Part shown: positions 12,855 through 26,742 of the stretch, piece by piece
How the letters are laid out: each line of letters begins with the position of its first letter
Position numbering within the stretch: the stretch's first letter is position 1
DNA from: Octopus bimaculoides
Lineage: Eukaryota
Assembly: GCF_001194135.2 (NCBI RefSeq)
Contig: NC_068991.1
Coordinates: 12,967,445 to 13,031,444 of the forward strand
DNA length: 64,000 bases
Direction: 5' to 3'
The notes under the pieces: model-generated
Databases searched by the model: none
What the model saw: only the letters and a program-made list of their open reading frames with translations
Told to the model about the DNA's origin: nothing
Translations under genes and position numbers: made by a program

Positions 12855-13280
12855 TTAATCCTTTAGCATTCAGGTTACTCTGAATATGTAATGCTTATTC
12901 ATTCACATTGCTTTAACCCTTTTGTTACCAACCCGGCTGAAACTGGCTCTGGCTCTGTAGTACAAATGTCTTGTTTTCATAAGTTTTGAATTAAAATCTT
13001 CCACCAAACCTTAGTCACAATTTATGTTCCTAACACTAGCTGAATGGAAACTAAGTTATTTTACTAAAAACATAGAACATCTCCAAATAAATACAGTAAC
13101 GAAAGGGTTAAATTAATCATTCATTGTCTCATAACTTCAAGATATCATTGATCTGGTTGTTTGCTTTTTTAGGATGACATTGTAGGGTCAGATGATAAAG
13201 GTCAGATTTGGCTGGTTTGAACATAAAGCAAGTAAAATACTTGAGCCAGATATGGCCCGGTTTAAATGCTAAAGGTTTAA
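12855..13280. mobile_element. piggyBac-type MITE family P1 with a family P2 MITE (12917-13107) nested inside
   Basis: Outer ttaatcctttagcatt ... aatgctaaaggtttaa; inner TTAA-cccttttgttac ... gtaacgaaaggg-TTAA (TTAA at 12913-12916 and 13108-13111). Confidence 0.8.
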
Positions 13281-14829
13281 AAGCATCCATTCTGTTTACA
13301 GATCATATTTCCTCTTTGAGGACAACTTGATACCTTGCTTCATTGCTGTGTGAGACATAAAAAACAAAAATATACACGTTCCATCCTTGACCATATCTCC
13401 TCACTTCAAACCAAATCTATCTCGGATTATATTATCAAATGTGTCCTTCCCTTTATAAGATAACTGGGTCTGGTTTCAAGGAAATTTGGCTGCTATTTTT
13501 TAGTAGGCTGATTGACTTTGCATAGACTTCTTCTTAGGCTTATGATGTAATTTAATCTAGATAGCTGTTAATTAGCTTAACTATCTAAAGTTGAAGGTAA
13601 ATTACCAGAAAAGTGTTTCTAAAATGGTCAATTAGATATTGAAACTTTTTTTTTATTGTTTTTACTTTAAGCAGCAGAATTAAACACGAAATTAGTTGTA
13701 CAAATCTATCGGATCACTGGATCAGGGGAACGAACGAACTATTATGTCATGTAGTAGCTTGAAGACTAGTCAGTTTTGTAGTGACTTTCCCTCTCTGAGC
13801 TGTTGTTTAGCTCTAATACAACCATGAATGATCAGTTAGGTCTATGATCAACAGCATTCCAGCCATGACAACTTCATCTTATTTTTTCTGATGTGGTGTA
13901 CCCCAAACTGTGTGATACAATGTGTTTTATTTTCATTTTTTTTAAACATAGTTTGGTGTGATTTGACATTTATTTGTTTGGAAGTTTAGAAAGAAATGAA
14001 GCAAGTATGCTTTACTGCATATATATATATATATATATATATATANNNNNNNNNNNNNNNNNNNNNNNNNNNNNNNNNNNNNNNNNNNNNNNNNNNNNNN
14101 NNNNNNNNNNNNNNNNNNNNNNNNNNNNNNNNNNNNNNNNNNNNNNNNNNNNNNNNNNNNNNNNNNNNNNNNNNNNNNNNNNNNNNNNNNNNNNNNNNNN
14201 NNNNNNNNNNNNNNNNNNNNNNNNNNNNNNNNNNNNNNNNNNNNNNNNNNNNNNNNNNNNNNNNNNNNNNNNNNNNNNNNNNNNNNNNNNNNNNNNNNNN
14301 NNNNNNNNNAGCTGGATAACTGAAGAGATGTTGGGCTGGACCCCCCACCCTGGCATCCGAAACTCAGAGTTTTATCATGGCTACTGAATAAGTGTCACAT
14401 ATTTTTACAGATAAATTCCTCTATTTGCATAATATCGAGGTCTCTTTCTTTCTGTTGTTGCCATTCCTGTCATAAATATATATATATATATATATATATA
14501 TTAATATGCATGAGCAACAGAGCACATGTGTGCTGATAGGAAATCTAGGCGTCTTAGGAATTCCACTGTTGAACAAGTGTGAAGATGGTGATGGTATGGA
14601 CATGTGATTCTGATAAAAATTTAAAGAAATGTAAGATGTGTTAAGTGATACAGATTGAAGCAACATTCTGAAGAGAAAGCTCAAAACACAGTGAACTTGT
14701 CATGCTGAACCTAACAAAGCAGATGATGAAGGACTCTGACATGTGATGAAATGCAGTGAGACCTGTCCAACCCATGTAAGCATGAAAAATGGCTATTAAA
14801 TAAATGATGAGACACTTACATATATACAC

Positions 14830-14880
<51 letters not shown>

Positions 14881-15022
14881 TTTATAAAATCACAGGCAGC
14901 TTCATAGTTGGTGATTGCTGTCTATATGAGATTTCTGGGTTATTGGCTCTTTGATGTGACAGTTTCTATATAACATCATCTACTGCAATATTTGACCTCT
15001 TCTCACAGAAACTAGACATAGG

Positions 15023-15357
15023 AAGGCGGTGAGCTGGCAGAAACGTTAGCACGCCGGGCGAAATGCGTTCTGAGTTGAAATTCCGCCGAGGTCGACTTTT
15101 CCTTTCATCCTTTCGGGGTCTATAAATTAAGTACCAGTTACGCACTGGGGTCGATGTAATCGACTTAATTCCCTTGTCTGTCTTTGTTTGTCCCCTCTAT
15201 GTTTAGCCCCTTGTGGGCAATAAAAAAATAAGAAAGGTTAGCAGGCCAGGCGAAATGCTTAGCGGTATTTCGTCTGCTGTTACGTTCTGAGTTCAAATTC
15301 CGCCAAGGTCGACTTTGCCCTTCATCCTTTCGGGGTTGATAAATTAAGTACCAGTTA
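15023..15357 (+). mobile_element. Two tandem family-B SINEs
   Basis: Second copy starts at the first copy's tail (~15230). Confidence 0.85.
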
Positions 15358-16805
15358 NNNNNNNNNNNNNNNNNNNNNNNNNNNNNNNNNNNNNNNNNNN
15401 NNNNNNNNNNNNNNNNNNNNNNNNNNNNNNNNNNNNNNNNNNNNNNNNNNNNNNNNNNNNNNNNNNNNNNNNNNNNNNNNNNNNNNNNNNNNNNNNNNNN
15501 NNNNNNNNNNNNNNNNNNNNNNNNNNNNNNNNNNNNNNNNNNNNNNNNNNNNNNNNNNNNNNNNNNNNNNNNNNNNNNNNNNNNNNNNNNNNNNNNNNNN
15601 NNNNNNNNNNNNNNNNNNNNNNNNNNNNNNNNNNNNNNNNNNNNNNNNNNNNNNNNNNNNNNNNNNNNNNNNTTTTTGTTATTAAACTAGTCTTAGGAAA
15701 GCAACTCAAAATATTTTTGCTGTCAATTATTAAATTATGAGAAAGGTTTTAATTTAAATATGAAACTTGAATTTTGTATCAAAACCAAAAGACAGGCCGA
15801 GACAGGTTGACAGCAATGTTGTGAATATTTTCTATCTTCATACATTATTAAAACAAAATAACATAGAAGGAGGGAGAGAGAGAGAGATGGAGGAAGAAAG
15901 AAAGAAAGAAATACTTTTGTGTTTTAATTCTCTATATTCAGGGATGTTGTTTTTGAAAATCAGACATTAGCAAATCACAAAATAAAATCATATTGTTATT
16001 TAGTCCAACAACACACAGTCAGTTAAAATAAATATTCAAAACAAATAATGAGCAGCATTTAAAAAAATTAATGCTTTTGTATTTAAATCAACGTTTCTGA
16101 TTGTCATGATAACATGTATCTTCTGCTTGTTTCAGTCATTGGACTGCAGCCATTCTGAAGCACTGCCTTGATGGGCTTTAGTCAAACATATTTTTATTCT
16201 TTAGAGTCTGATACTTAATCTATCAATGTCTTTTGCCGAACAGATAAGCTATGAGGACATAAACAAACCAGCACCTATTGTCAAGTTGTGATTGGGGAGG
16301 GGGGGGGCAAACAAACACAAACACACATACTTATATATGACAGGCTTCTACTCAGTTTCCATCTGCCCAATTCACTCACAAGGCATTGATTGGCCTGGGG
16401 CTATAATAAAAGATATTTGCCCGAGGTTCCATGCAGTGGGACTGAACCTGAAACCATTTGTTTGCAAAACGAGTTTCTTAACTACACAACTGTGCCAGCA
16501 TAGAGTTAGCTTTATTAAGTTTGCAACATTTGGATCTACTACATTTTTGGTGCCCATAAATTGATTTAAATGTATTGATATTTGTGTTTAATGAAATCTT
16601 TAATATTAAATAAGTAATGCTTTCAAGGTATTTATTGTTGAAGTATATATATATATATATATATGTAGTGTTTTTAGTCTATTTCACCTGCAGCTTTTGT
16701 TATATGAAAACACTCAAACAAGACATGATTCGACATTACAACCAAGATCATCCTGTCTTTTTTCAGACATTTGTATCTAGAACTAGGTTATCCAATGTGC
16801 CCTTC

Positions 16806-16808
16806 ATC

Positions 16809-16844
<36 letters not shown>

Positions 16845-17305
16845 GTTTAATGTCCGCTTTCCATGTTAGCATGGGTTGGACGATTTGACTGAGGACTGGC
16901 AAGACAGAAGGCTGCACCAGGCTCCAATCTGATTTGGCAGAGTTTCTACAGCTGGATGCCCTTCCTAACACCAACTACTCTGAGAGTGTAGTGGGTGCTT
17001 TTATGTGCCACTGGCACGAGGGCCAGTCACACGGTACTGGCAACGGCTACGCTCAAAAAGGTGTTTTTTACTTGCTACCTGCACGGGAGCCAGTCCAGCG
17101 GCACTGGCAACGACCTCGCTCGAATGATTTTCTAACGTGCCACCAGCACAAGTGTTAGAAGGCAACGATGGTAACAATTACGCTTAAATGGTGCTATTTA
17201 CGGGCCACTGGCACGGAAGCCAGACAGCTGCTCTGGCAATGAACACGCTCGGACAGTGCTGTTAGTGCTCCCCTGGCGCAGGTGCCAGTCATCGAGTATG
17301 GTTCA
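16806..17305 (-). mobile_element. Retroposon family R, longest copy
   Basis: (cat)n tail plus about four internal units. Confidence 0.85.
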
Positions 17306-19186
17306 TTTTTAAAAGCAATATCTTGTTTATTTGTTGGAGATTTGGCTGCTTCATCTAGCAAGTTGAGTGACTATATAGAGGCTTCTCTATTTAATTCAAC
17401 TAGATGTTTGTTTGAATTGGTGCTGCTATATTTATAGAGCTGTGACATTCCTGTTATCTTTTTTGTTATTATATTTCTGTTGAAATACAATGCTTTTGTT
17501 TTAGTATTTTTGAAAATAGTGAAGAATTTAGTAAAATAATTTTGTTATTATGCAGGTGTTTGGAGCATAAATTAATGTGACATTTTGATGGAAAGATTTA
17601 ATTTAGATCACTTTAAAACAGTGAGTTTCTGTCATAGAACCAGAGACAGTTTTTGCGTGTTAGTATCAAAAGAGTTAAATAATTGCAATATATCTTTATA
17701 GTTGTGTAGTTTAAAGATACCAAAATATCTTTACAATGAAATGAGGAGTATCACATATTTTCTGCATATATTGATTCTATACAAATACCAAATGGCACAC
17801 TTTAAATTCTCTATTAACCCTTTTGATACTAACCCATTCAAGAATGCTCCTGGTTTTGTGATATAAATTTCCTGTTTTAAAAGAATCTAAATTAAAAGTT
17901 GTCTTCAAAATGTGATAATTTATGTTCCAAACACCAGCTTAAAAACTAAGTTATTTTACTAAATTCCTCCTTGTCTTCAGAATTAATTGAAACAAAAGCA
18001 GAAATATGATAACGAAATGGGTTGGCATTTAATTTTTGTTCTTTTTTCTTTTTTCTTTTTCACTTAGAAATTTAATTTCTCAAAAATTCTTAGAATGGAC
18101 TAAAGATTATTTAACCATTTATCTTTTACCTCCTTATATAGAGAGAAAATTATATAACTGAATATTAAGCAGTACTGAACAAAAAACAATTCCTGTAAAA
18201 CCATTTTCTATTTTTGACTAGAACCATTTAGTTATAGTCACTGAGAAAGCTGAGAAAGGCATGAATATCACAAGATCATATTTCATTTCGTTACTGTTGT
18301 ATATTGCTATTTTGTCTTGTTTTTTGTTTTTCTTTTTAAATAAGAAAGAATATTAAGTATTTGGTACTGGTATGGCTGTATGGTTAAGAACTTTATTTTG
18401 TAATCATGGTTTTAATTTGAAACTATTTCATATCACCAGGAGCAAGCATCTTCTTTCATTGCTTTGAATTGACCTTGTTACTCTTTTACTTGTTTCAGTC
18501 ATTTGACTGCGGCCATGCTGGAGCACCGCCTCCAGTCGAGCAAACACATAGTCGAAATCTTGAAGCTACAAGATAACACGTGATTAATTTTAAACAGTGT
18601 AAATAAATAAGAATATATTTCACAAAGAAATCTGAATGCTAAAGGATTAAACGTTCATATGAGGCCCCCAAGATTTATTTATTTTATGTTCATACTGACC
18701 AAATTTGGCCTCTTGCACCTAACACACAATGTCATTCTAAAATTACACTATCAAATCATTGAAATCTAGAGGCAGCAAGATAATGCCTAATTAATTCAAG
18801 CCAATTTGAATATGTAAGCATTATGTTTTCACAGAATATTTTGAATGCCAAAGGGTTATATTGAAAATAAATTGACACACTTAAGTTTGTATTGCATTCA
18901 AAATATGCTTACAAAAGAATTTGAAATGTAACCGTTTGCCTTCTGATATCTATCAAGTGCTATTGTTCTCTGCATCAGACACACATAAGTGGGATGGTTC
19001 TCTTCTAAAGCTAAGTAGGAATCTAGATATAAAACAGAGAAGTCAATGAAGTACATTTAGATTTTCTATTTGGTGCTGGGAAAGGGGTGGGGTCCTGGAT
19101 TGAGGAGTTAATTTATTTGAGAGAAGGAGAAAAAAAAAGTGTGCAGCATGTGTGTATGTGCACATGCACGTGTACACACATACACA

Positions 19187-19410
19187 TGGCGGCGAGCTGG
19201 CAGAAACGTTAGCACGCCTGGAGAAATGTTTAGCGGTATTTCGTCTGCCGCTGCGTTCTGAGTTCAAATTCCGCCGAGGTCGACTTTGCCTTTCATCCTT
19301 TCGAGGTCGATTAAATAAGTACCAGTTACGCACTGGGGTCGATATAATCTACTTAATCCGTTTGTCTGTCCCCTCTGTGTGTAGCCCCTTGTGAGTAATA
19401 TAGAAATAAC
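19187..19410 (+). mobile_element. SINE family B
   Basis: Similarity to other copies. Confidence 0.88.
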
Positions 19411-20476
19411 ACACATACACACACTTTTATTTTATACCTGTTGTATGATGTAGTCATTTTGATAGTTTTTAGAATGTTCGGTTAGACTGTAATAAGCATT
19501 AATATTACATGCCATGAATTGCCTCTTTTTCCTGGCACCATCTTAGCCTCATGTTATTCACTATGTATGTACTTATCTAAAAGGCTGTCTATAATTGCTA
19601 CCCGGATATATCATGCCTTCTCTAAATTTCACACTCAGTCGGGGAATCATTGTGAACCAATGAGAGAGGTTTGACCTGCTGATGCACCAAACTAACCAAA
19701 TCTCTACTAACAGGCTCCATACCAGTCTTTGAAGTTTATATATCACATGTTTGTGTCTGGATACTTTAGATAGAATGCCCACAATAAAGGGAGGATTGTC
19801 ATGGTTAGAATGCCAAATGCTAGAATTTCTGCAATTAGCTGCCATCATTCAATAAGGTATCTCAGAGAATATCGTTGACTGAAGCTCGAGTTACATACTC
19901 AACAACATAAAAAGATTTCAAGTTGCTAGTGTAATGCAACAATTTATGTTCTGTGTGTGTGTGTGTGTATACACCTTCAAGTTCAGTCTTATAATGACAT
20001 GGCATCTTAGAAAAAGTGTCTGCACTGACCAACTCTTTTTAGAGCTTGTTAGGTGTATGGGAATGTGCTTGAATTTGAATATTTTGGCTTGTTACCATTT
20101 GAGTAGTAATGTCTAAATTCTTTATTGACATGATGACCTGTGGAATTTAAAAATCCCTAGTGAAGGTTGGCAGCGTGAAGGTCGTAAAATATTACCTTAA
20201 AAATCAATTCCTTTCTCAGCTATGCTAGCATGGAAATATTAATGTTAAACAACTGAGCGCTCAACACCACGTTTGTAGATAAATATGCTTTATTCCTGGG
20301 GTAACCAGACTACCATTGATTTCATGTTGGGTGGGGGGGGGNNNNNNNNNNNNNNNNNNNNNNNNNNNNNNNNNNNNNNNNNNNNNNNNNNNNNNNNNNN
20401 NNNNNNNNNNNNNNNNNNNNNNNNNNNNNNNNNNNNNNNNNNNNNNNNNNNNNNNNNNNNNNNNNNNNNNNNNNNN

Positions 20477-20514
<38 letters not shown>

Positions 20515-20948
20515 GGAGTAAGCACATGAAATGTGCAACAAGGTGGAAAAAAGAGTACTCAAATACCAGAGGTAGAGTAATATGCTTATATATATATATA
20601 TATATAATGTGTATGTGTATATCATCATTGCTTACAAAACATAGAATTGAAAGAATTTCTAATGTTTAAATGAATTTTATCACTATATTTCTCTTGTTAC
20701 ACATTATATATATACTGAGGATAATAAATCAAATATTAATTTAATTAACATCAATTTAAAACCAGTGGTCTAGCATATTAAAAAAATCTGATAATTCAGA
20801 AAAATTGTATTACATGCGTATAAGAAGGGATGACCACTAAGTGGACATCCGATATGCTAGAAAGAGGTCATCAACGACCCAACCACAAAGAAAAATAATG
20901 TTCTCCTTATACGCATGTTATACATATATATATATATATATATATATA

Positions 20949-21006
<58 letters not shown>

Positions 21007-21759
21007 TGTGATGACTGTCCACTTGTACTTGATAAAGACCATCACTGGCCACTAGGAAAACTGTACTCAGACAAAATTATACTTTACACCTTGCATCTCC
21101 ACTAGTGACCAATGAGTCCAGCTCTTGATTGATACAGATGTCTGCAGATACTGTTGATAAAACTTCCCCAATTCACTAACTACACTGGCAGTGCATTTTT
21201 GAGCAGCTTGCTTATAATGCAGCTTGCCAAATGCATGCTTCTTCAAAAATTCCCAATCCTTCCTCCAATCATCTGCTCTATTGGGAGCAATGACAGGCAT
21301 TTCTTTCCCAGTTGACCTTCCATATCTCTCATGCCTTCAGTGTTGACTTGCAATATTTATTTTTAATACGCTCTGGCAGATTCAAGCGTGAATATATTTA
21401 TTAATTGCTGTTGTTTCTCGTCACAAGAGAACAGCTTCTCCTTTTATGACGAATGTGTGTTCATAAACACACTCGATTCATTTTTGCGTAAAGGAGAAGT
21501 TATTCTCCATTGATGAAACACAACAGTGATTAGCATATTTACATTTGAATCTGCTGGTATGTATGGAGAATAAATATGCAAATAATCATTTTTATTTTCA
21601 CTCTTCACCATGCATGTGATATACACACACACACACACACACACATCACTTTTTCCATGCTTACAGCTGGATACCCTTCCTGACACTAACCCTTACTTCT
21701 TCTTTAATTAAAGGATCACGTATTCCACACAGCTTTGAGAATACAAAGTGTCTGGATGA

Positions 21760-21970
21760 TTAACCCTTTTGATACCAACCTGGCTGAAACCACCTCTGGC
21801 TCTGTAGTTTTCAAAAGCTCTGAATTAAAATCTTCCACCAAACCTTAGTCACGATTTATGTTCCTAGCTTAATGATAACGAAGTTATTTTACTAAATTCT
21901 TTGTTATATTTAAATTAATTGGAAGAAACACAGAGCATCTCAAACAGAAATATGGTAACAAAAGGGTTAA
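21760..21970. mobile_element. piggyBac-type MITE family P2
   Basis: TTAA-ccctttt ... aaaggg-TTAA; same body as 12917-13107, 17814-18023 and 17460-17678 (inverted). Confidence 0.8.
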
Positions 21971-22918
21971 TTGACAGGGGAAACCGACAACCCTGACAAC
22001 TGCATTTTTACACAAGCAATTGCAGATGTAAACAAACGGACATATGCATACTTCCATACACACACACACACACATGTATATATGTAACAGACATATACAC
22101 ACTGTTCTGTTTTCAATTTTTGTCTACTAAATCCACTCAAGAGAGGGCTATTGTTCAAGACACTTCAATGTGCAGTGTGATTGAACCTGAAACTTAGCGA
22201 TTGGGAAGAGAAATATTAACTACGTAACCATGTATATGAAAGACTGTATGAGTAGAAATATATGTATATATTCGCATATATATATATATATATATATAGA
22301 TGTGTGTGCATGTATGAATGTGTGTGTGTGTGTATGAGTTATTATTGGAAACATTTCTTTTCAAAGTTATTGATGGTCTTTCTTGAGCACAAGTAAACAG
22401 CCATCAGCCATATGTAGACATGCCCTGTTTTAAATAATTCACCTTAACCTAGAATTCTGTAATGATTTTTCCTATTGGTTTCCATATTGCATATTGAGGT
22501 GCATTGCAAATGAATTTTTTAAAAAAACCCAAAATTAAAAGGAATACTTGTATGGAATTATTAGTGTTTAACCATGCACTGTATGTATATATATATATAA
22601 AAATGTTTGAAGTGAAATGTATTGGGGTCCAAGTAAGTCTATGGTAATACCACAGTGTGGCACATACCTCAAATGATGTTGACTGCTATGTGATAGGCGG
22701 TGTTGCGATAAGCGTTACTGTGAGGAAGTGGGGTACTATCTGCTGCTATACCGATATCATCAGTAGCAGCATCTGCTGCATGGGGGAAGAGCTTATCAAA
22801 AGTTGTTCAACGTTTACAATGCACCATCTTTGTGCAGCTCAGTTGGAACCCCCCAATCTTGTAATTTTCATGCTATTTTTATGATTGGGGTCATTATCAA
22901 CAACGTTGTGTAGACCTT

Positions 22919-22967
<49 letters not shown>

Positions 22968-23181
22968 TTCTCTCTCTGCCTCTTTCTCGCTCTCCCTATC
23001 TCTCTCTCCCTCTCTCTTTCTCTCTCTCCCTCTCTCTTNNNNNNNNNNTTCTTTCTCTATCTTTCTCTCTTTCTCTCCCCCTCTCTCTTTCTCTCTCCCC
23101 TCCCCTCCCCCTCCCCTCCTCCCTCTTTCTTCCCCCTCTCTCTTACTCTCCCCCTCTCTCTTACTCTATCTCCCTCTCTCA
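22919..23181. repeat. (CT)n / pyrimidine-rich simple repeat
   Basis: Direct inspection; many other (CA)n, (TA)n, (GA)n and (AAT)n tracts are scattered through the window. Confidence 0.95.
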
Positions 23182-24830
23182 TGAAAACCCATCATCATCC
23201 TCATCATCATCATTTTTTGTTCCCTGTTCATCAGTACAATCTCTGTTCTGAAAACGTGAATATTTTGTCTTTTTCATGATAGAAATATATGTATGACTAC
23301 ATATGCATATTTGCTCTTGTGTGTGTGTGTGTGTGTGTGTGTATTTACACATACACATTTTAAAATGTGAATATGGTTTACATTATGTATGTATATTGTA
23401 AATGTGTAACTCAAAATTTGGAAGGAAATCATGTTTTATTTTTTTAGTTGTAATTAAATATTAAATAGGTCTTAAATGAATTTTCTTGCAAAATACATTC
23501 AACAAAAAAGTTCTTCGAAATTATATTATTTTATAAATAATATTTACCAATTTTATCCTTGAAGGCTTGGTTTATGATAACTAGTGTTGTATTTAAACCA
23601 ACATTATGCTGATAGCACTTACACACACACACACACACAGTCAAGCACACACATGCACACACACTTCTTTAATGTATTTGGGTAATTGATACATGTAGCA
23701 TGCACTGAATTGAGGATTCAGATGCTGTTTGGGGAGTCATATCAATAGTGACTGTGCATCTAAAAATTTCAGTATTAAAACTGGCTTCCCCAAATCAGTT
23801 CCTTTTGATTTTATATATAAGCCCACTTTTTCCTGCTGGCTTGGAAATGGATGAGCTGTCACATTTTAAATCCATTTTTATTTGTTTGGGGTTAATGCCC
23901 TGTAGACAAGTCGGAGGACCACTTACTGCTTGTACATTCTATTTTTGGCATAGTTTCTGTAGTTGGATGCTCTCTTTTACATGCTTCAGGAGTACGAAAG
24001 AAGAAACAGAACAAGTGAGGGGGTAATAGAGGAGAGACGTTGGTGGTAACTACTTGTTTGTTGATATGAGAAAGAGAATAAGTGAGAGATAATAAGAAGA
24101 GTGTGCTGACAAGTGATAGGTGACTGACAGTGTAGAAAGGTTAATGGTAGGACATGTTGGTTAACTGGAGATCCAATACAATCCTTCAGACATAGGCATC
24201 TTTGTGTAAAAGAAAGGTAGTAACAAGAATGGTAACAGGGATATTGAATCCAGACAAATTTAGTGTGATTCCTCTTTACAGAATGATACAACGAATAGGT
24301 GAGCCCGCATCAGAGAGAGAGACGAGAAGTTTGGAAAGATCCAACGCCATTTCTAGTTATGGAGTAACAGGCGAGAGGTTGATGGGTGGTAGAGAAATGC
24401 TAGGGTATCAAAGGATGGGGGAGAAGACTGAAGACTTAAGGGAGGCCCACAGAATAGGTACATTCTCCTTTCCAGCCTGTATCATTCTAATCATTTTAAT
24501 GTTCAGTTAGCTACACCTGTACAGGTAGGCAAGTGTTTTTCAGTACTGCATGTCTTTAGTTATTACAGTCCTTTGTCAACAACTTCTTCATTAGGTTGAT
24601 TATTCTGAGAGCCATCTTCTTAGGTCTCTCTCTTGTATAAGTTGTATCCATTATGAGTGTTCTCTACTACTTTTTGTAGTAGTAAAGCCATGCTCTTATC
24701 TTGGGCAACATTAGTGGTGTTGACTTGATGTGTGGATAGCTGTTGGTCTCACATAAACATTGTCTAGGCATGTGCCCTGGAGAGCAACTTATAAAGTGCA
24801 GAATATTGTCAGCTCTGACAGATGGAGTCC

Positions 24831-24865
<35 letters not shown>

Positions 24866-25566
24866 ACATGCATTCACATGCTGAGACATTTTCAAGAGGA
24901 GAGGACACATCTGGGATGTAGTCCTTCATATACAAAAAAAAAACAGCTGTGGCAGCAGAGCTCTGAATTGTAAAGTGAGTTGGAAACGATAATTGTGTTA
25001 TTGGAGTTGGAATCAGCCAAAATTTACTGACTCCAATTAAATGTAAAATGCAATATGTGTTAAAATTTCCAATTTCACAAATTACTAATTTAGCTAATTT
25101 CACAAATACAACTTTAAAAAATAATCATATCAGATTTAAGAGCTTTCTATGAAAGAATATCTGGCAGAACAAATTGTTAATAAATTTGGGTTTTAACTTT
25201 ACCCCTTTTCTACATAAATACAATGTTTCTTTAATCATTTTTGAAGGAGTAAACTTTTCAATTCATTACAATAAAATTGTTATTCAATTTAATGTAATTT
25301 TTCATGTTACATTCACCTTAATAATGATGTAATCTTAATAAGGAAGCATTATTTAATCTAATTGAGTTTATTTATAAATTGAGGAGTCAGAGTTGATATA
25401 GTGTACCGACGCAACAGTTCTGTAGACAACAACTATAAATGTTTCCAGCCATTGAGGAATCTTCTGTTAGCGACTTCAATCCTCCCTCACTCATTATCTC
25501 CTTATTTCCTTGGGAAAATATACACTTTGTGTTAAGATTTTTAAGATAGCATCTTAGTGCTAGTGC

Positions 25567-25619
<53 letters not shown>

Positions 25620-25656
25620 GCATACTTATACAAATACGAGGGTGTATTTGTGTTTA

Positions 25657-26140
25657 TGCGCAGGAGTGGCTGTGTGGTAAGTAGCTTGCTTACCAACCAC
25701 ATGGTTCTGGGTTCAGTCCCACTGCGTGGCACCTTGGGCAAGTGTCTTCTACTATAGCCTCGGGCCGACCAAAGCCTTGTGAGTGGATTTGGTTGACGGA
25801 AACTGAAAGAAGCCCATCGTATATATGTATATATATATATATGTATGTGTGTGTATATGTTTGTGTGTCTGTGTTTGTTCNNNNNNNNNNNNNNNNNNNN
25901 NNNNNNNNNNNNNNNNNNNNNNNNNNNNNNNNNNNNNNNNNNNNNNNNNNNNNNNNNNNNNNNCCCAACATCGCTTGACAACTGATGTCCGTAACTTAGC
26001 GGTTCGGCAAAAGAGACCAATAGAATAAGTACTACGCTTCCAAAGAATAAGTCCTGGGGTCGATTTGCTCGACTAAAGGCGGTGCGCCAGCATGACCACA
26101 GTCAAATAACTGAAACAAGTAAAAGAGTAAAAGAGAGTAA
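25657..26140 (+). mobile_element. SINE family A
   Basis: Similarity; gap in internal microsatellite. Confidence 0.85.
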
Positions 26141-26742
26141 AGAGTATTCATATTTATATGAATTTGTGTGGATAGAGATGTATGCAGGCATCTGTGTATG
26201 AATGTATGCAAATATGTATGTATTCTAAGAAATCTATCTGTTGAGCATGTACCTGCATCTAACACGTGCTTCTTCAAGGTGTAGGCCTGGGCAACATCTT
26301 TTATGGAAGACTGACAGTTGCTCATCCATGAGGTCACTCCACTCCACAATACAAGTGCGTGTGTATATGTATTTTTCTTTCTGTGTATTTCAATGTGTGA
26401 ATATATTTGTATTTGATGTGTGTGCCAAAATTAGGATTGATACTGTAAATGTTGTTTTGAACCAAAACATTAATATAATTCTTCTTAAGTGTCATATATA
26501 TTGGTTTCATAATTTGGCACAAAGCCAGCAATTTTGGGGGAAGGGTAAGTCGATAACATCAATCCGTATGTTGTACTGGTAATTATTCTATTGACCTTGA
26601 AAGGATGAAAGGCACAATTTACCTCAGTAGAATTTGAACTCAGAATGTAAAGACAGGCGAAATGCCGCTAAGTATTTTGCTTAGCATGCTAATGATTCTC
26701 CCAGCTCACTGCCTTAAGTGAAAATTAAATTATATATATCAC

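Noticed and set aside
16990-17300. CRISPR-like spaced repeats
   Set aside because: Tandem minisatellite units of a eukaryotic retroposon, with no unique spacers and no cas genes.
21445-21480. Possible SECIS (ATGA...AAA...GA)
   Set aside because: Helix II spacing is asymmetric (11 vs 8 nt) and there is no selenoprotein ORF upstream.
21503-21570. Possible C/D snoRNA (terminal stem plus TGATGA)
   Set aside because: No CTGA box D next to the 3' stem.
22640-22884. Higher-GC segment with a minus-strand donor and a 75-aa plus ORF
   Set aside because: The open minus frame stops just before the donor and no frame gives a recognisable protein.
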